Shown in pieces: positions 1 through 13,058 of a stretch of 64,000 nucleotides of DNA. Both the position numbers and the translations under genes were made by a program. The stretch comes from Octopus sinensis (taxonomy: Eukaryota), in the NCBI RefSeq assembly GCF_006345805.1, contig NC_042998.1:114018001-114082000 (forward strand), in the 5' to 3' direction. The notes below the pieces were generated by a model. That model saw only the letters and a program-made list of their open reading frames with translations. It was not told the DNA's origin and made no database searches. Positions within the stretch are counted from its first letter, which is position 1. The number at the start of each line of letters is the position of its first letter.

Positions 1-225
1 AAAAAGCAAAGCACCAGTGCGAGGAAGAAAATTAAAAGGGAAAGCAAATGAAGAGGAAAGATAAACTCAGGCTTAACATGAAAATAATATGAGAGCATCC
101 CTTAAAAATTACACCAAATAAAGTTGTTGGGATAGAGAATGTCCCCGTTATCGGATAACATGAAATAATAAATAAATGCATCAGTTTATCTCGCTCCTCT
201 CCCTCGCTCCTTTTTCTCTGTGTGC

Positions 226-575
226 GCGCGCGTAATATATATATATATTTATATATATACATAGAATTATGCACACACAACTATATCTACAATATATATG
301 TATATATATACTTACATACATACATACATATAAATATATATATATATGTATTGTATAAAAAGAATTATAGATAAACATAAAAACTTAATATTAAATGTAT
401 GTATATACATACATATATTTATATAAATACGTTTATATACAGGCATACATCGACACAAATATGCATGCATACATACATACATACATACATACATACATAC
501 ATACATACATACATAGATACATACATACATACATACATACATACATGCATGTATACATACATAAATACATACACA
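226..575. repeat. (TA)n / (TACA)n microsatellite block
   Basis: Directly visible di- and tetranucleotide tandem repeats; source of the YIHT/MYVC ORFs. Confidence 0.95.
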
Positions 576-1371
576 AACACAAATATATGAAATGAGATAA
601 ACAGATACAAGATAGCAAAGAAATGAAAAACAAATTAGTACAAACGAAAAAGGGCGGGAAGATAATTTAGAACCGAAAAAAAATATATGTTCTATTTCAT
701 GAATAAACAGAACCTAAAGTGAAAGTAAAAGTAAATCCAACAACACAACAACAATAGAAAACAAGAATAAACAATAACAACAATAACAATATCATCATCA
801 ACAACAACAGCAGCACACTGCCATACTGAAGATTGTTAATTGTCGTTTAAGAAAGTAAAGTGCCAATATTATACAATGTATTGCAACGGTTTAATGGGCA
901 TTGCTGGCGCTTCCGGTTGTTGATCACATGACCTTAGCTGCGATGCCTGTGTGCAAGGACGTAGCATTTATTTGTTTCTGTTGTTGTTACTGATGGTGTT
1001 GTTGGTGTAGTTGTTGCTGTTGTTTTTGTTGTTATTTATTTGTGTTGTGGCAAATATTATCAAGTCGAATTGGAAGCGATAAAAAATAGGGAAAAAGAAA
1101 AATGGCATGGGCGGAGGTGAAGATTAGGTAGGTGGGATCGGTTTCGAGGGGAGGGGGTTAAAGAAAGATAATAATGACGAAAGGAAAACGAAAGAAAATA
1201 TTAAAAGAAAATGTAAAAACCAAGGATGGTTCCGCTGATCTTGGGGAAGAAATTAGGAGATATTTCCTTTAATATGTTTTTTTTTGTGATGTTATTTTCG
1301 GGGGTTAGATCTGTTGGTTTAGTAAAAAGAGACTGATGTGAATGATGGTGGTGGTGGTAGGGGGAAAGAGA

Positions 1372-1386
1372 ATCAGAGAGCGACAA

Positions 1387-1427
<41 letters not shown>

Positions 1428-1477
1428 GAGAGAGAGAATGAGAGATAGAAAGACCGAGAGAGAGAGAGAGAGAGAGT

Positions 1478-1525
<48 letters not shown>

Positions 1526-1810
1526 TGAGAGAGAGAGAGAGTGAGAGAGAGAGAAGAGAGAATGAGAGATAGAAAGACTGAGAGAGAGAGAATGAGAGAT
1601 AGAAAGACTGAGAGAGAGAGAATGAGAGATAGAAAGACTGAGAGAGAGAGAATGAGAGATAGAAAGACTGAGAGAGAGAGAGAGAGAGAATGAGAGATAG
1701 AAAGAAAGAGAGAGAGAGTCAAAGTGTGAGAGGGAAAAGTGAAAGAGAGAGGATGTGAGACAGAGAGACGGAAAGAGGAACAGAGAGACACAGAGACAGA
1801 AAGAGAGAGA
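1372..1810. repeat. (GA)n polypurine tract with embedded ~30-bp minisatellite
   Basis: Unit gagagagagagaatgagagatagaaagact repeated about 5 times at ~1550-1710 inside a (GA)n background. Confidence 0.9.
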
Positions 1811-2848
1811 GGTGATAGGAATTGGCGGCGTAGTTTTGCAGGGGGAGTGTGTTGTGTTCGGGAGGGTTTTATAACGGCGTCTGTGAGGATGTGGTGTTGT
1901 GGACAATGGTGTGGAGGTGAGGGGAGAATTTTGGTGATGTGGATGGTAGTGTAGAGGTATCGATGGGGATGTAGGTGGTGGTAGATGATGGGTGGAGGTG
2001 GATGATGAGTTGTAGTGGAGGGTGAGTGGTGATGGATGATTTGTGGTGAATGATGAGTGGTGATGGTGGTGGTGGTACTGTAGTTAAGATGTCGATTGGT
2101 GAGAATGGTGGTGGCGGAGAGTGGAATGACGTGCGGAAGTAATTTGGGTGACGGTAGGAGTGATGCGAAGATATTGACGAGAGAGAGAAGGGGAGAGAGA
2201 GGGTAAGTTATGTCATTAACTTACTGTAATGGTGGAGTGATGATGAGGATGAAGGACAAATCGTGAACTGTGTATGAGGTAAGGATGGGATGGGATGATA
2301 CAGAAACAGAGGAACAGGAAGAAGAAGGACATAAAAATAAAGATTAGTGGAATATAGGTATACAGGAGAAAAGAGAGGGAGACGATGAGAGAATGAGAGT
2401 GAGAGAGGGAGTGAGAGAGAGAGAGAGAGAGATGAGAGAGAGGAGAAGTGAAATTAAGAGGAGAAAGATGAGGAGAGAAATGAAGAAACAATTGCTGTAA
2501 TGGGAGTAAAACAAATATTCAGATATTTATTAGTTTTAAAGAAGAAAAAAACCCAATGATTATAGATTATTAGTGGAGAGAGAGAGAGAGAGAGAGAGAG
2601 TAAGAGAGAGATGGGAAGAGAATGATAGTAATAGATGGATAGACTGGCATATATATATATATATATACGTGTGTGTGTGTAAATTGATAGATGGATAGAT
2701 GGGGAGATAGATACACACACACACACACACATACACATATATATATATCCATAATGGCATATCGTTGATGATGCCATTATATATGTATGTACATATGTAG
2801 GTACATAACTCTGCGTATCAATGTACATACATACATACATATATGTGT

Positions 2849-2914
<66 letters not shown>

Positions 2915-3456
2915 GTGTTTGTGTGTGAGTGTGCAAACAGCGATAGAAAGTAGATAGTTAAAATGGGGTAAAAGTCAGGAAGGAAGATTGTATTGGAAAG
3001 CATGATAATAATAAAATAAGTACATGACTGTGAAGAGACAACATTGATTTACGATAGAAAAATAAAAGCAAAAAAACCCCCAAAAAACCCCAAACAAAAC
3101 AAAAACAACGAGAATAAGGGAGACGAAACAAAATCCACGTAAATTGATCCCTAGAATAAGAGGGGAAAAAAATCAACGACACCAACTATTGAACCGACAT
3201 ACATGTGTGTATTGACAGATACAATGTTAAATTACATTTCAAGAAGACATTTGAAAATGAAAATAAAATCTGAGCGAGTGAAGTCAGAAGGAGGATAATG
3301 ACATGAAAGAGGGCGTTGGTTATGAGAGCGAGAAGTGGGGGGGGGGGAGCGAGAGAGGTGAGAGGGAAAGCGGGAAAGAGGGAGAGAGAGACAGAGAGAG
3401 TGGTAAAGAGACAGGTCCTTGAGACTGATAAAAGTAGGAGAGGGTTTTGACAAATG

Positions 3457-3493
<37 letters not shown>

Positions 3494-3564
3494 ATGTGAG
3501 TTTGTGTGTGTGCTTGTGTTTGTGTGTATGCATGTGTGTATAAGTATATATACTTACATATATT

Positions 3565-3619
<55 letters not shown>

Positions 3620-4084
3620 GTAGGTATGTATGCATGTATATATAGGCGATAAACAGAGATGTGAGGAGAGGAAAAGTTGTAAGACGAATGTCAGGGCATG
3701 TGGGAATGAGGGTAGATGAGATGAAAAAATGATAGGGATGATAGCGAAAAGAAAAAGAAAGAAAGAAAAAAAGAAAATAAACAGAAGCTACGTGTGTAGT
3801 GTTGAAATAAAGGTAAAAGTATTATTTGTGAAGAGAATGTGCTTGAGAGTAAATTAAGTATTGAAACAAATAAATAAGTGAATAAATAAACAGCGCAGTA
3901 TTTCAGAGGAAATGAGCTGAAACTAAAGTGAAAGTAATAAATGTAAAGAAGAGTTTGAGTGGATAGTTATGTAGAGTGAAGAGGCAATCTAGAAAGATAT
4001 AAAAACAAAATGTCGGGGATGATTGTAAACAAACACAGAAATCATTCAAAGAGAAATATGAGAAGAGACGAGAGAAGGGTGAGG

Positions 4085-4116
<32 letters not shown>

Positions 4117-4659
4117 GGGGGTGAGAATAGAAAGAGAGGAGAGGGATAGAGTGAAAGAAGGGGAGAAGGGAAGCAACGCAGAGAGAGAGCGGGGGATTCG
4201 CCCGAAGATGGAAAAGAAGACGTCGCTGTTGAAGAACCAGAAAGTATAGACAAGAGGAAAAGGCAGAAGAGGAGGAGGAGGGGAGGAGGAGGAAGAAGAA
4301 GATGATGATGATGGTGATAGTGATGATGATGATGATGAAGAACAAGAAGTAGAAGAAGAATAAGAACAAAAGAAAACTTGAAATAAATTACGAAGAAGAA
4401 AACAAAACAGACGAATGAGCAGAACAAGCAAATGGGAAAAAAGATAAGAAAATGTGGAAGACGAATACGATGAAGAGGCGGAGATACATAAAATCAAGCA
4501 GTGGGAAATTGATACATTACAAAACAAGGCATATAAATATATACAAGTTAAGATCAATAAAAAACAAAAACAAAGACATAACAGAAGATACCTATTGATT
4601 TCGTTTCTATATCAACTGAAGAACAAACACTGTAGTTCGAGACTAACGAAGATGTAGTT

Positions 4660-5110
4660 AGTGATTTTGTGCCAAGAGGTAATCTGTGTGTTTAGTGGAT
4701 TATTTGATGATAGAGTCTGAGGAGTGGTTGTTGGTAAACAAACTAAATTTTCGTATGTACATGTAGAGCTTCCTGTTTATAAAATGAAAAATAACATTTT
4801 TCAATAAGTGAAAGAAAATTATGTATATATGTTGCCAGAATCAAATACCGTTTGATTAACTCAAAGAATTTAAGGAAACATTTCCAGGGAAACAGATATT
4901 AGTGATTATAAGCATCAGTCTGAGTCTGAGAAGAGAAACAAATCTAGTAAGTGAGCTTATAGAATGGAAAATTTGCTGAAGAAGCAGAATAAAATGCTTT
5001 GGGTCATATGTTTCTGGTTCTTGATGTTCAGAGTTCCAATTCAACTGGATTCGACTTGATCCGTCATTATTATGCGATAAAACAAAGTACAATTAGAGTA
5101 CTAGACTCAT
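4660..5110 (+). mobile_element. Heavily decayed R4/Dong-like LINE fragment (post-RT to zinc-knuckle region)
   Basis: Broken-frame translations such as VPRG..GLFD, EEWLL and C..K..GS.VSGS resemble the better preserved copies at 45545 and 52570. Confidence 0.4.
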
Positions 5111-5344
5111 TATTATAGAATATTCTGTTGTTTTGTGACCTAATTTCATTGATGGAGTCATGATATACATCATACTTTAGGCATTTTCAGACCTAACGGA
5201 GACCATCCATCTGCAGGTCTGACTACAGCTGATTTGTTTTTTGTAGAAATAATATAAACGCAGAAAGGAAAAGGAAAAGATAGATAGATAGATAGAGAGA
5301 GAGAGAGGGCGAGAGTAAGAGAAAAATCGACGAGTACAAGATAT

Positions 5345-5460
5345 ATTTTGTTTACCGACTCCGAAAGAATGGAAAGTAAAGCGGACGTAAGCGGGATTCG
5401 AACTCAGAGGATAGTCAAACAGAACTATTATCGCAAACGATTTATCCAACACGCTTAAAG
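5345..5460 (-). mobile_element. Old SINE-B-like fragment
   Basis: Reverse complement contains tgagttcgaatccc (B box) and ctttccattctttcggagtcggtaaa, similar to the SINE-B body. Confidence 0.5.
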
Positions 5461-5751
5461 ACTCCAGAATACTCCAGAATACCAGCTCATAAAAGCTGAT
5501 GGACCAATATCTATATTCGAAAACTATATTGTGTAAAACGAGATTTGTGTTGAGAAATCTCTACGTTTATTCTATTCTGTAGAAATCTTCTACAGAGAAT
5601 TCTTAGCAATACTTTAGAATTTCTAAATCTAAATAATTTTTTATAATGATTGACGGTGTTGTAGAACGTCCTTCTAACATCGTATTTCAGTTGTTTTACA
5701 AACGTTAAGAACTCAAGTGGATGTTCTCGTCATTTCGCTTTGTTTGTCTTT

Positions 5752-6085
5752 AGACTGAGGCCATGCTGTGGCACCACCTTCAAGAATTTTTCCTCGAATG
5801 TATCGACCCCAGTACTTAATTTTTTTGCTAAGCCTATTACTTATTCTATCAATCTCTTTTGCTGAACCGCTAGGTAAATGTATCAACACTCGTTGTCAAG
5901 CCGAATATACACACAAATACACACAAAGACGGGTTTTTTTCAGTTTCCGTCTACCAAATCTACTCACAAGGCTTTAGTTGACCCGAGGCTACAGTACAGG
6001 ACACTTGCCCAAGGTGCCACGCAGTTGGCCTGAATCCGGAACCATGTGGTTAGGAAGCAAGCTTCTTACCACACAGCCACGCCTG
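5752..6085 (-). mobile_element. tRNA-derived SINE, family A (diverged copy)
   Basis: Reverse complement matches the head ggcgtggctgtgtggtaag...catggttcc and body gacggaaactgaaa of the other family A copies. Confidence 0.85.
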
Positions 6086-6544
6086 AGTATATGAGGCACT
6101 AATTTGTAGATTCTCCCCCTCATCATGTTTGATGTATTACATTTCCTTTATCTCGTCGTACCTTTGTATAATAAACACTAAATAGGAGACCATACATGTA
6201 TACATGTGTGTATGTACATGGACAACATTTCTTTGAGGAACACCATCAATTACTCATGCAGATTTACGCTCCATGCTAACCAAAGAAAGACCGTCAAATT
6301 ACCCAAAAGGATAAAAGACGAAGTTAACCTCCGTGTTATTGTTTATTTTTGATAAGGTTGGGGAATAAACATAATCTAAATGGCAGAGAGGGGAAGTAAG
6401 GAGAAAAAATATATTCAGTATTTGTTTCACAGGAAACAGTGACAAAATATAGTTATATTTTCAAATGGATTTTAAATGTTCTGAATAACAAAAAGCAAAA
6501 AATTAATAAAAAAATTAGCACACACAGGATACAAACATTTAGCA

Positions 6545-7017
6545 TAGGCGCAGGAGTGGCTGTGTGGTAAGTAGCTTGCTATTATAAGGATTGATGGTGG
6601 TGTAGAACGTCCTTCTAACATCGTATTTCAGTTGCTAGGTAAATACATCAATACTCGTTGTCAAGCCACATGGTTCCGGGTTCAGTCCCACAGCGTGGCA
6701 CCTTAGGCAAGTGTCTTCTACTATAGCCTGGGGCCGACCAAAGCCTTGTGAGTGCATTTGGTGAAAGAAACCCGTCGTATATATGTATATGTGTATATAT
6801 GTGTATGTGTGTTTGTATGTCTGTATTTGTCCCCCCAACATCGCTTGACATCCGATGCTGGTGTGTTTACGTCCCCGTAACTTAGCGGTTCGGCAAAAGA
6901 GATCGATAGAATAAGTACTCGACTTACAGAGAATAAGTCTTGGGGTCGATTTGCTCGACTAAAGGCGGTTCTCCAGCATGGCCGCAGTCAAATGACTGAA
7001 ACAAGTAAAAGAGTAAA
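6545..7017 (+). mobile_element. tRNA-derived SINE, family A, full length with an ~85-bp foreign insertion in the head
   Basis: A box tggctgtgtgg, B box gggttcagtcc, internal TA/TG microsatellite, tail ccagcatggccgcagtcaaatgactgaaacaagtaaaagagtaaa. Confidence 0.9.
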
Positions 7018-7149
7018 GAAAATACTATTTCCCACAACTATAGCGATATGAACTTGAAAAACTATCATAACATGTCCTATGTAGAACTACGTATAAATGA
7101 AGTGTAGAATATTGATAAGTACAAAGTGGTACAAAACACGAACAAAAAT

Positions 7150-7830
7150 AAAAAGTGTTTATTGTCTTCGAGGATGTTGACAAATACAAACCTGAGGCTA
7201 AAGTGATAAACATCTTCAGGGATAGGGAACGAGAGATAATCACAAGAATTGTAAAAAAAATTAAGATTGACCAAAAAATTAGTCCCAGAATTCTACGCGA
7301 AAACGATGACTAGGAAATACCCTGCATGCTCAATCACTGATAAAAATGACTAGTATTAAAAACTGAGATTTTACGACTATTGTTTTCAGAATAAGCTCAA
7401 ATCTTTCCAGACAGAAACTACAATAAAACATGTAAAGAAACAAGACACCTTATGTGATTGCCGAATGTAAGGAGTCAAGGAAGAAACAGTTAATCCCGTA
7501 TTCTCTGGTTGTTATGTCATAGCCAAGAGAGAATACACACATAAGTATGTTAGATATGGTGCCTTCAAAATCTGCTCACATTATGAAATATTAACGGGAA
7601 AGAGGTGACATAAGCCTACACACTAGGAAAGGTTTCAGCGAATGATAAAGCTAGCAGATACTGGAATGTGCCAATACACGTAGAGGGAACAAAGCTAACA
7701 AGTAATATGGTATTTTCAAGGACCTTTAATAAATGAAACGACACTTCATCGGAGTCCAAATAGAAGATAATATATACCTAAGAAAACATTATTCAAATAT
7801 AATGTCTGAAAGAAGAGATACTGGTAAGAC
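7150..7830 (+). mobile_element. Decayed R4/Dong-like LINE C-terminal fragment (zinc knuckle + REL endonuclease)
   Basis: Broken-frame CRM.KESREETVN.VFSGC..AKREY.H and WNVPIHVEGTK motifs parallel the 45545-46339 copy. Confidence 0.55.
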
Positions 7831-8619
7831 AGATAAATACGTAGACAAAGCTGTCTGTTTAAACATATGCAGAACGAACTATGTACTGCGCACATGTATA
7901 AGGTAGAGTATTTTTATTCCAATAGAATATATAAATTCAAACCCAAGCATTACACGTACGCAAGGCACACAGAGCTGCGCTAAGCTGTACAGTGAAAGCA
8001 GGCAATAAAGAGAAACCTGCTGGAAAATAATAACATTGCAAATACTACTAATAATAATATTAAAATGAGAAAAAAAAAACTTTAAAAAGAAAATTTTTTG
8101 AAGAACTACTACACAAAACATTTCAACGATTTTTGTGTTTCAGCGTGTGTTTTATTTCACTTCTCATCTCGTTTATAAGAGATGTATAGGAACAATGTCG
8201 TATTTCCTCTCTCTTTGTGCAATCTTTCAAACATAGGCACTGATTGGTTGTGTGGAAAACACAAACGTCTTATATTTCTCGCAGTTTATTTCGCGCTTGA
8301 CTCACACAAATCAATCTGTCATTCGAAGTGATATTCTGTACAGTTTCCTTGCCACACACTTATTTATATATTAAATAACACAAGTTTTATGGTTTATACA
8401 GTTTCACTACAGTTTGCTGCAACTGTATGGTTCATTTACAATATTTCTGCTGCAGTGCATTTGTTGCTCGTTGGAAGTTTTGTTTTCACTTTATTTTTTT
8501 CGTTTTAGCTTAAGAAAAATAAGGTGGAAATATTTGTACATGTTATTTTGTATGTTACACGTGTACGTTTTATGCAATATGCATAAACACACGCACGCAC
8601 AGACAAACACACACACACA

Positions 8620-8663
<44 letters not shown>

Positions 8664-10672
8664 AACACACGTACACAGATACACACACACACACACGCAT
8701 GCACACACACACATACACACACACACACACACACACATACACAGACACAGATACATTGATAACGTTCAGCATTTTTCTTTTTCTTTCTAGATTTTTCTTC
8801 CTCAATGTTATTTTCCCCTTTGCTTATTTAAACGCATATAAATATACACATACATATTCACTCGCACTTAATACGTACATACATCCATGCATACATCTAT
8901 TCGCACATGCATCCATATATATATGCACGCATACATACATTGATACATACGTGTACATTTTAATATTTCACTCTCTTACTTGCATATCTATTCTCTTATT
9001 CTATGTACGTACATATATCCATATGTATGCTCATTGGGTATATATACATGTGTGTATATCCATATATGCATATATACAATTACATCTAGATATATGTATG
9101 TGTGTGCATATGTATAAAACGCATAAACTCACATGACTACAGATGAACCAAGGATGCGCTCACGCATATATGCACTGCATATATAAATATTATACAAGGT
9201 TTGGCAACGGCTTTTTTATAACTACCACCAGAAGTAAATGTGATTTTTTTTCCATAATATGATTACTTTAAAAGCCGTTACGCACAATACGCTCCAACTC
9301 GTTTGTCAATCTGACAAGGTTAAACATGCAATATAGCTATCAACATATATGTATTCTCGAAATTACAGCAGAGATAACAAGGTAATTATAAACGGTTCGG
9401 TAGTGCAATCAATTTTTTTTTGCATTTTAGATACAGAGCAACTCCAATCGTAGCATTCCATATATGACAATCCAATCTTTTCTTCAAAGTATATTACGTA
9501 TTGGGAATTTGTCTTTTTTTTTTCTAAGGTTGTATGGTTCGAAATAACAATGGTTGCAATTTGTAGACGGTTAATAAACCACCAAGAGGTTCCTTTATTG
9601 ACACCTTGGATAGGTGTTTTGTGTATACCTGATATATGATAGCTATCCCAACACAGGATTGGTGAAGCCAAAATGAAGTTAATTGACAACCCGCAAGTCA
9701 GGTTGGTGTTAATCATTGCTCACTCAAACGTTACCCTATGACATAAAGAGGGGAGTGGCTGGCACGAATGTGACAACTTTGTAAGTGTATAAGCACATCC
9801 AATAGCCGAAAGTGAAACGGATGCGAGACCCTACCTTATGCCTATTTTTATACCTAGATGTGACGCTAACCTAGCATATGTAACGGAGGATTTGCCGTTC
9901 TGTCAAGCGGTACAGTTTTATGATGTAGCCTTCATCTGGACAGGAAGTATTTTGTCAATAGGTCTGTTCTGGAGCCCTGAACTAAGTGACTCTATTGAGG
10001 TATCCTGGGTCATTTTCGCATATTTCAATTCAAGGATCGGACGTCTACTACATGGGGTATATTGTTGCATACAAAACCATTGAAATACCGAAAACAGTTG
10101 CGATCCATGCGTAAATATTTTTTCCGTTCATTTAGTCTATTGAAATGGCTGTATCCATTGCCATCGCAGTACTACTACATCATATGACAGTCAATCGTAA
10201 CAGAAATAAAATAAAACGTATGCTGGAAAGGAATTGGAGGGCTGTTATAAAATACATAAATACTGTAGATACAGTCTGTTTGCAAGACTGTATGCTTTTT
10301 TGTAGTGACTGATTACTATCCTTCTAGTTTTGGTCAATCACATGATAACAAGCGGGTTAAGCAAAATCTGAACCGATAAATCACGAGAGAGGCTACACTT
10401 TTCAGAAAGGGAAGGCTGTTATAATTTTCCGACAGAAGACGAGCTACGTGTGCAGTCTCTAAATCTATTTTGATCATTAACTACAGTCCACTTAAAACAT
10501 GGATCTTAATTTGACTTGCCAACATGATGGTGAAGCTGTAGACGTGTAGAAGGTAATGCCAATAGAATAATTATTATATAGACAGTACACACACGTACAA
10601 GTGTGTACGTGCATGCGTGTAGAGTGGGGAATTGCTTCGTTTTAAATGCTGAATTAGTGACATCACAGTTCT

Positions 10673-10876
10673 TTTATTCTTTTACTTGTTTCAGTCATTT
10701 GACTGCGGCCATACTGGAGCACTGCCTTTTGTCGAACGAATCGACCCCAGGGTTTATTGTTTGTAAGTCTAATACTTATTCTATCGGACTCTTTTGCCGA
10801 ACCGGTATGTAACGGCGACGTACATACACCAACATTTGGTTGTCAAGCGATGGTGGGTGGATGGGTGGGGGGACAA

Positions 10877-10930
<54 letters not shown>

Positions 10931-10965
10931 GACGGGCTTCTTTCAGTTTCCGTCTACCAAATCCG
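10673..10965 (-). mobile_element. SINE family A, 5'-truncated
   Basis: tttacttgtttcagtcatttgactgcggcc ... gacgggcttctttcagtttccgtctaccaaatcc matches family A. Confidence 0.85.
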
Positions 10966-11073
10966 TCTAGCAAACCAATGAGATCAATCTGATTATATTT
11001 TTCGTTGCCTGATATCCAACAAGGAAAGAATAATCATCTCTTGTCTGCAGGAAGATCAATATATTAGAGCTCT

Positions 11074-11479
11074 AAGGCGGCGAGCTGGCAGAAGTGTTAG
11101 CACGCCGGACGAAATGCTTAGCGGAATTTCGTCTGTCGCTACTACGTTTTGAGTTTAAATTCCGCCGAGGTCGACTTTGCCTTTCATCCTTTCGGAGTCG
11201 ATTAAATAAGTACCAGTTACACACTGGGGTCGATATAATCGACTTAATCCGTTTGTCTGTCCTTGTTTGTCCCGTCTGTGTGTAGCCCCTTGTGGGCAAT
11301 TAAAAATAAGAAACGTTAGCACGCCGGGCGAAATGCTTAGCGGTTCAAATTCCGCTGAGGTCGACTTTGCCTTTCATCCTTTCGGGGTCGATAAATTAAG
11401 TACCAGTTGTGTACTGGGATCGATCTAATCGACTGGCCCCTTCCTCCAAAATTTCGGGCCTTGTGCCTAGAGTAAAAAA
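11074..11479 (+). mobile_element. Dimeric tRNA-derived SINE, family B, with 16-bp target-site duplication
   Basis: Head aaggcggcgagctggcagaa, B box gttcaaattcc; second monomer starts ~11309; aatatattagagctct flanks the unit at 11058-11073 and 11480-11495. Confidence 0.9.
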
Positions 11480-12589
11480 AATATATTAGAGCTCTTGGAG
11501 AAACTATTACCTACACAAAGGAAGCGAGGCCACGTAAAAAATTATTTTATTCATGGTGTTCTAAATATTGTGTTTCATATTTGAAACTTAATATAAATTA
11601 AATGTTTTTTTTTAAATAAACAATTTCTTTCATACTAAGAAGTTACACGTCATATACCACCATGGGCAGAAAACTTCTGGTTACACGACATATACTTGCT
11701 CACCAAGGAATAGGTCTCACAAGTTTCTAGTCTTAGGAAAGGTCATCAGGGAAAGAACATAGACTTTAATCTCTATTTGGACTGTATATAAACTAGGACT
11801 GATTGAAGGAATTTTTATAAGGGTAAATATGCTGACATGTAGATTAAATAGTTAATCCATAGTGCAATGCACAATGCGTCTGATTAATTTGAAAGATATA
11901 AGGTAAATCGTTTACAATAATTACGCAATTTTCACCTCTTTGTGGACAGTAAATAAAGTGAGCATAAAATGTACATAAACACAGACACAGACACAGACAC
12001 ACACACACGTATATAAAATATATTTATTATGTACGTATGTGTGTGCGTGTGTGGATATGTGTGTGTATTTATTGCCAAGTTAATGATGTAAACCATTATC
12101 AACCGGAAATCGAAACATGAGCACAATCTCCACCTACCGGAAGGTTACATCTAATCATGTATAGCAGCAATATTAAGAATCAATATTTGACATTAAGCGA
12201 CATGCAATAACAATACTGACAGCAACAACAGCAACAGCGATGAAAGTACACACTCTCATACATATATACATATAGACAATATATTCTTATACATAAGTTT
12301 TAAAATATATATTAATTGTTATAAGCGTTAAAGAGCATGTATGGATCAATAAGATTGTGTATTAGGGCGTAGTAAATGTCTTCTTACCTAAAATTGAGAG
12401 ATTTGGACAAATGTAAAGAAATGAGTTTTGTTACTGTTTCGGGTAACAGAGAAAAATGGAGGATTAACTTGGCCAGGTTTCGAATTGTTAGATTCATCTT
12501 CTGGACTCACCTGACTAGCTCTTCGGTCATCGAAGGTCCTTACTGCAGTCATTTGCTTACCTGTCAAAATCTCACAGCTTCGGCAACAA

Positions 12590-12593
<4 letters not shown>

Positions 12594-12620
<27 letters not shown>

Positions 12621-12705
12621 TGTATGTATGTATGTATGTATGTATGTATGTATGTATGTATGTATGTATGTATGTATGTGTATATGTGTGTGTATTTAAA
12701 CTGTG

Positions 12706-12752
<47 letters not shown>
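12594..12752. repeat. (ATGT)n followed by (TA)n microsatellites
   Basis: Directly visible. Confidence 0.95.
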
Positions 12753-12757
<5 letters not shown>

Positions 12758-12888
12758 ATAGAGGGCATTATTACACATAATGCCTCACACTAAGAGGGAC
12801 AAAGTCATTACTACCAATGACTTGGTAGTAATGACTTTGTCCTCTTAGTGTGAGGCATTTATGTGTAATAATGCCCTCTATACAATAT
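12751..12888. repeat. Near-perfect palindrome (~67-bp arms, 4-nt loop)
   Basis: atattgtatagagggcattattacacataa...ctaccaa | tgac | ttggtag...tgtgtaataatgccctctatacaatat. Confidence 0.95.
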
Positions 12889-13058
12889 AGATATAATTAA
12901 TTTGTTCAAAAGAAAAAAATTATTTTCGAATTCTTTTCTTTTATGAGGTTTTCACGCTAGCTGCCTGATAATTTCTTGTTAAGATCCCTTATTAAGAGAT
13001 TATCCTTAATTGTTAAACTTATTCCGAAATATATATATTATATATATATATATATATA

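Noticed and set aside
32-633. ORFs with YIHT/MYVC/IYIY repeats here and throughout the window (e.g. 12376-12793, 36478-37121, 41258-41735, 42346-44368, 56957-57788)
   Set aside because: They are translations of di- and tetranucleotide microsatellites, open in several frames on both strands, with no coding signal.
870-965. Cluster of promoter-like motifs (cttccgg ETS-like, tcacatga E-box-like)
   Set aside because: Short motifs with no associated gene start or conservation evidence; cannot be supported from sequence alone.
4010-4657. Charged ORFs on the plus strand (79 aa, 67 aa)
   Set aside because: Arise from GA/GAA/GAT low-complexity purine tracts; no domain.
8414-9136. 240-aa ORF
   Set aside because: Built on (CA)n and TACA-rich sequence with a non-ATG start; no recognisable domain.
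9190-10560. Unique-looking sequence with 117-aa and 81-aa ORFs and a 10-bp inverted repeat (aacggctttt/aaaagccgtt)
   Set aside because: I translated several frames and found no recognisable motif; the inverted repeat is too short to call.
11715-11755. Minus-strand CTGATGA...GAAAC sharing tttcctaagact with the hammerhead stem II
   Set aside because: Stems I-III cannot be formed; at best a collapsed relic, possibly chance.
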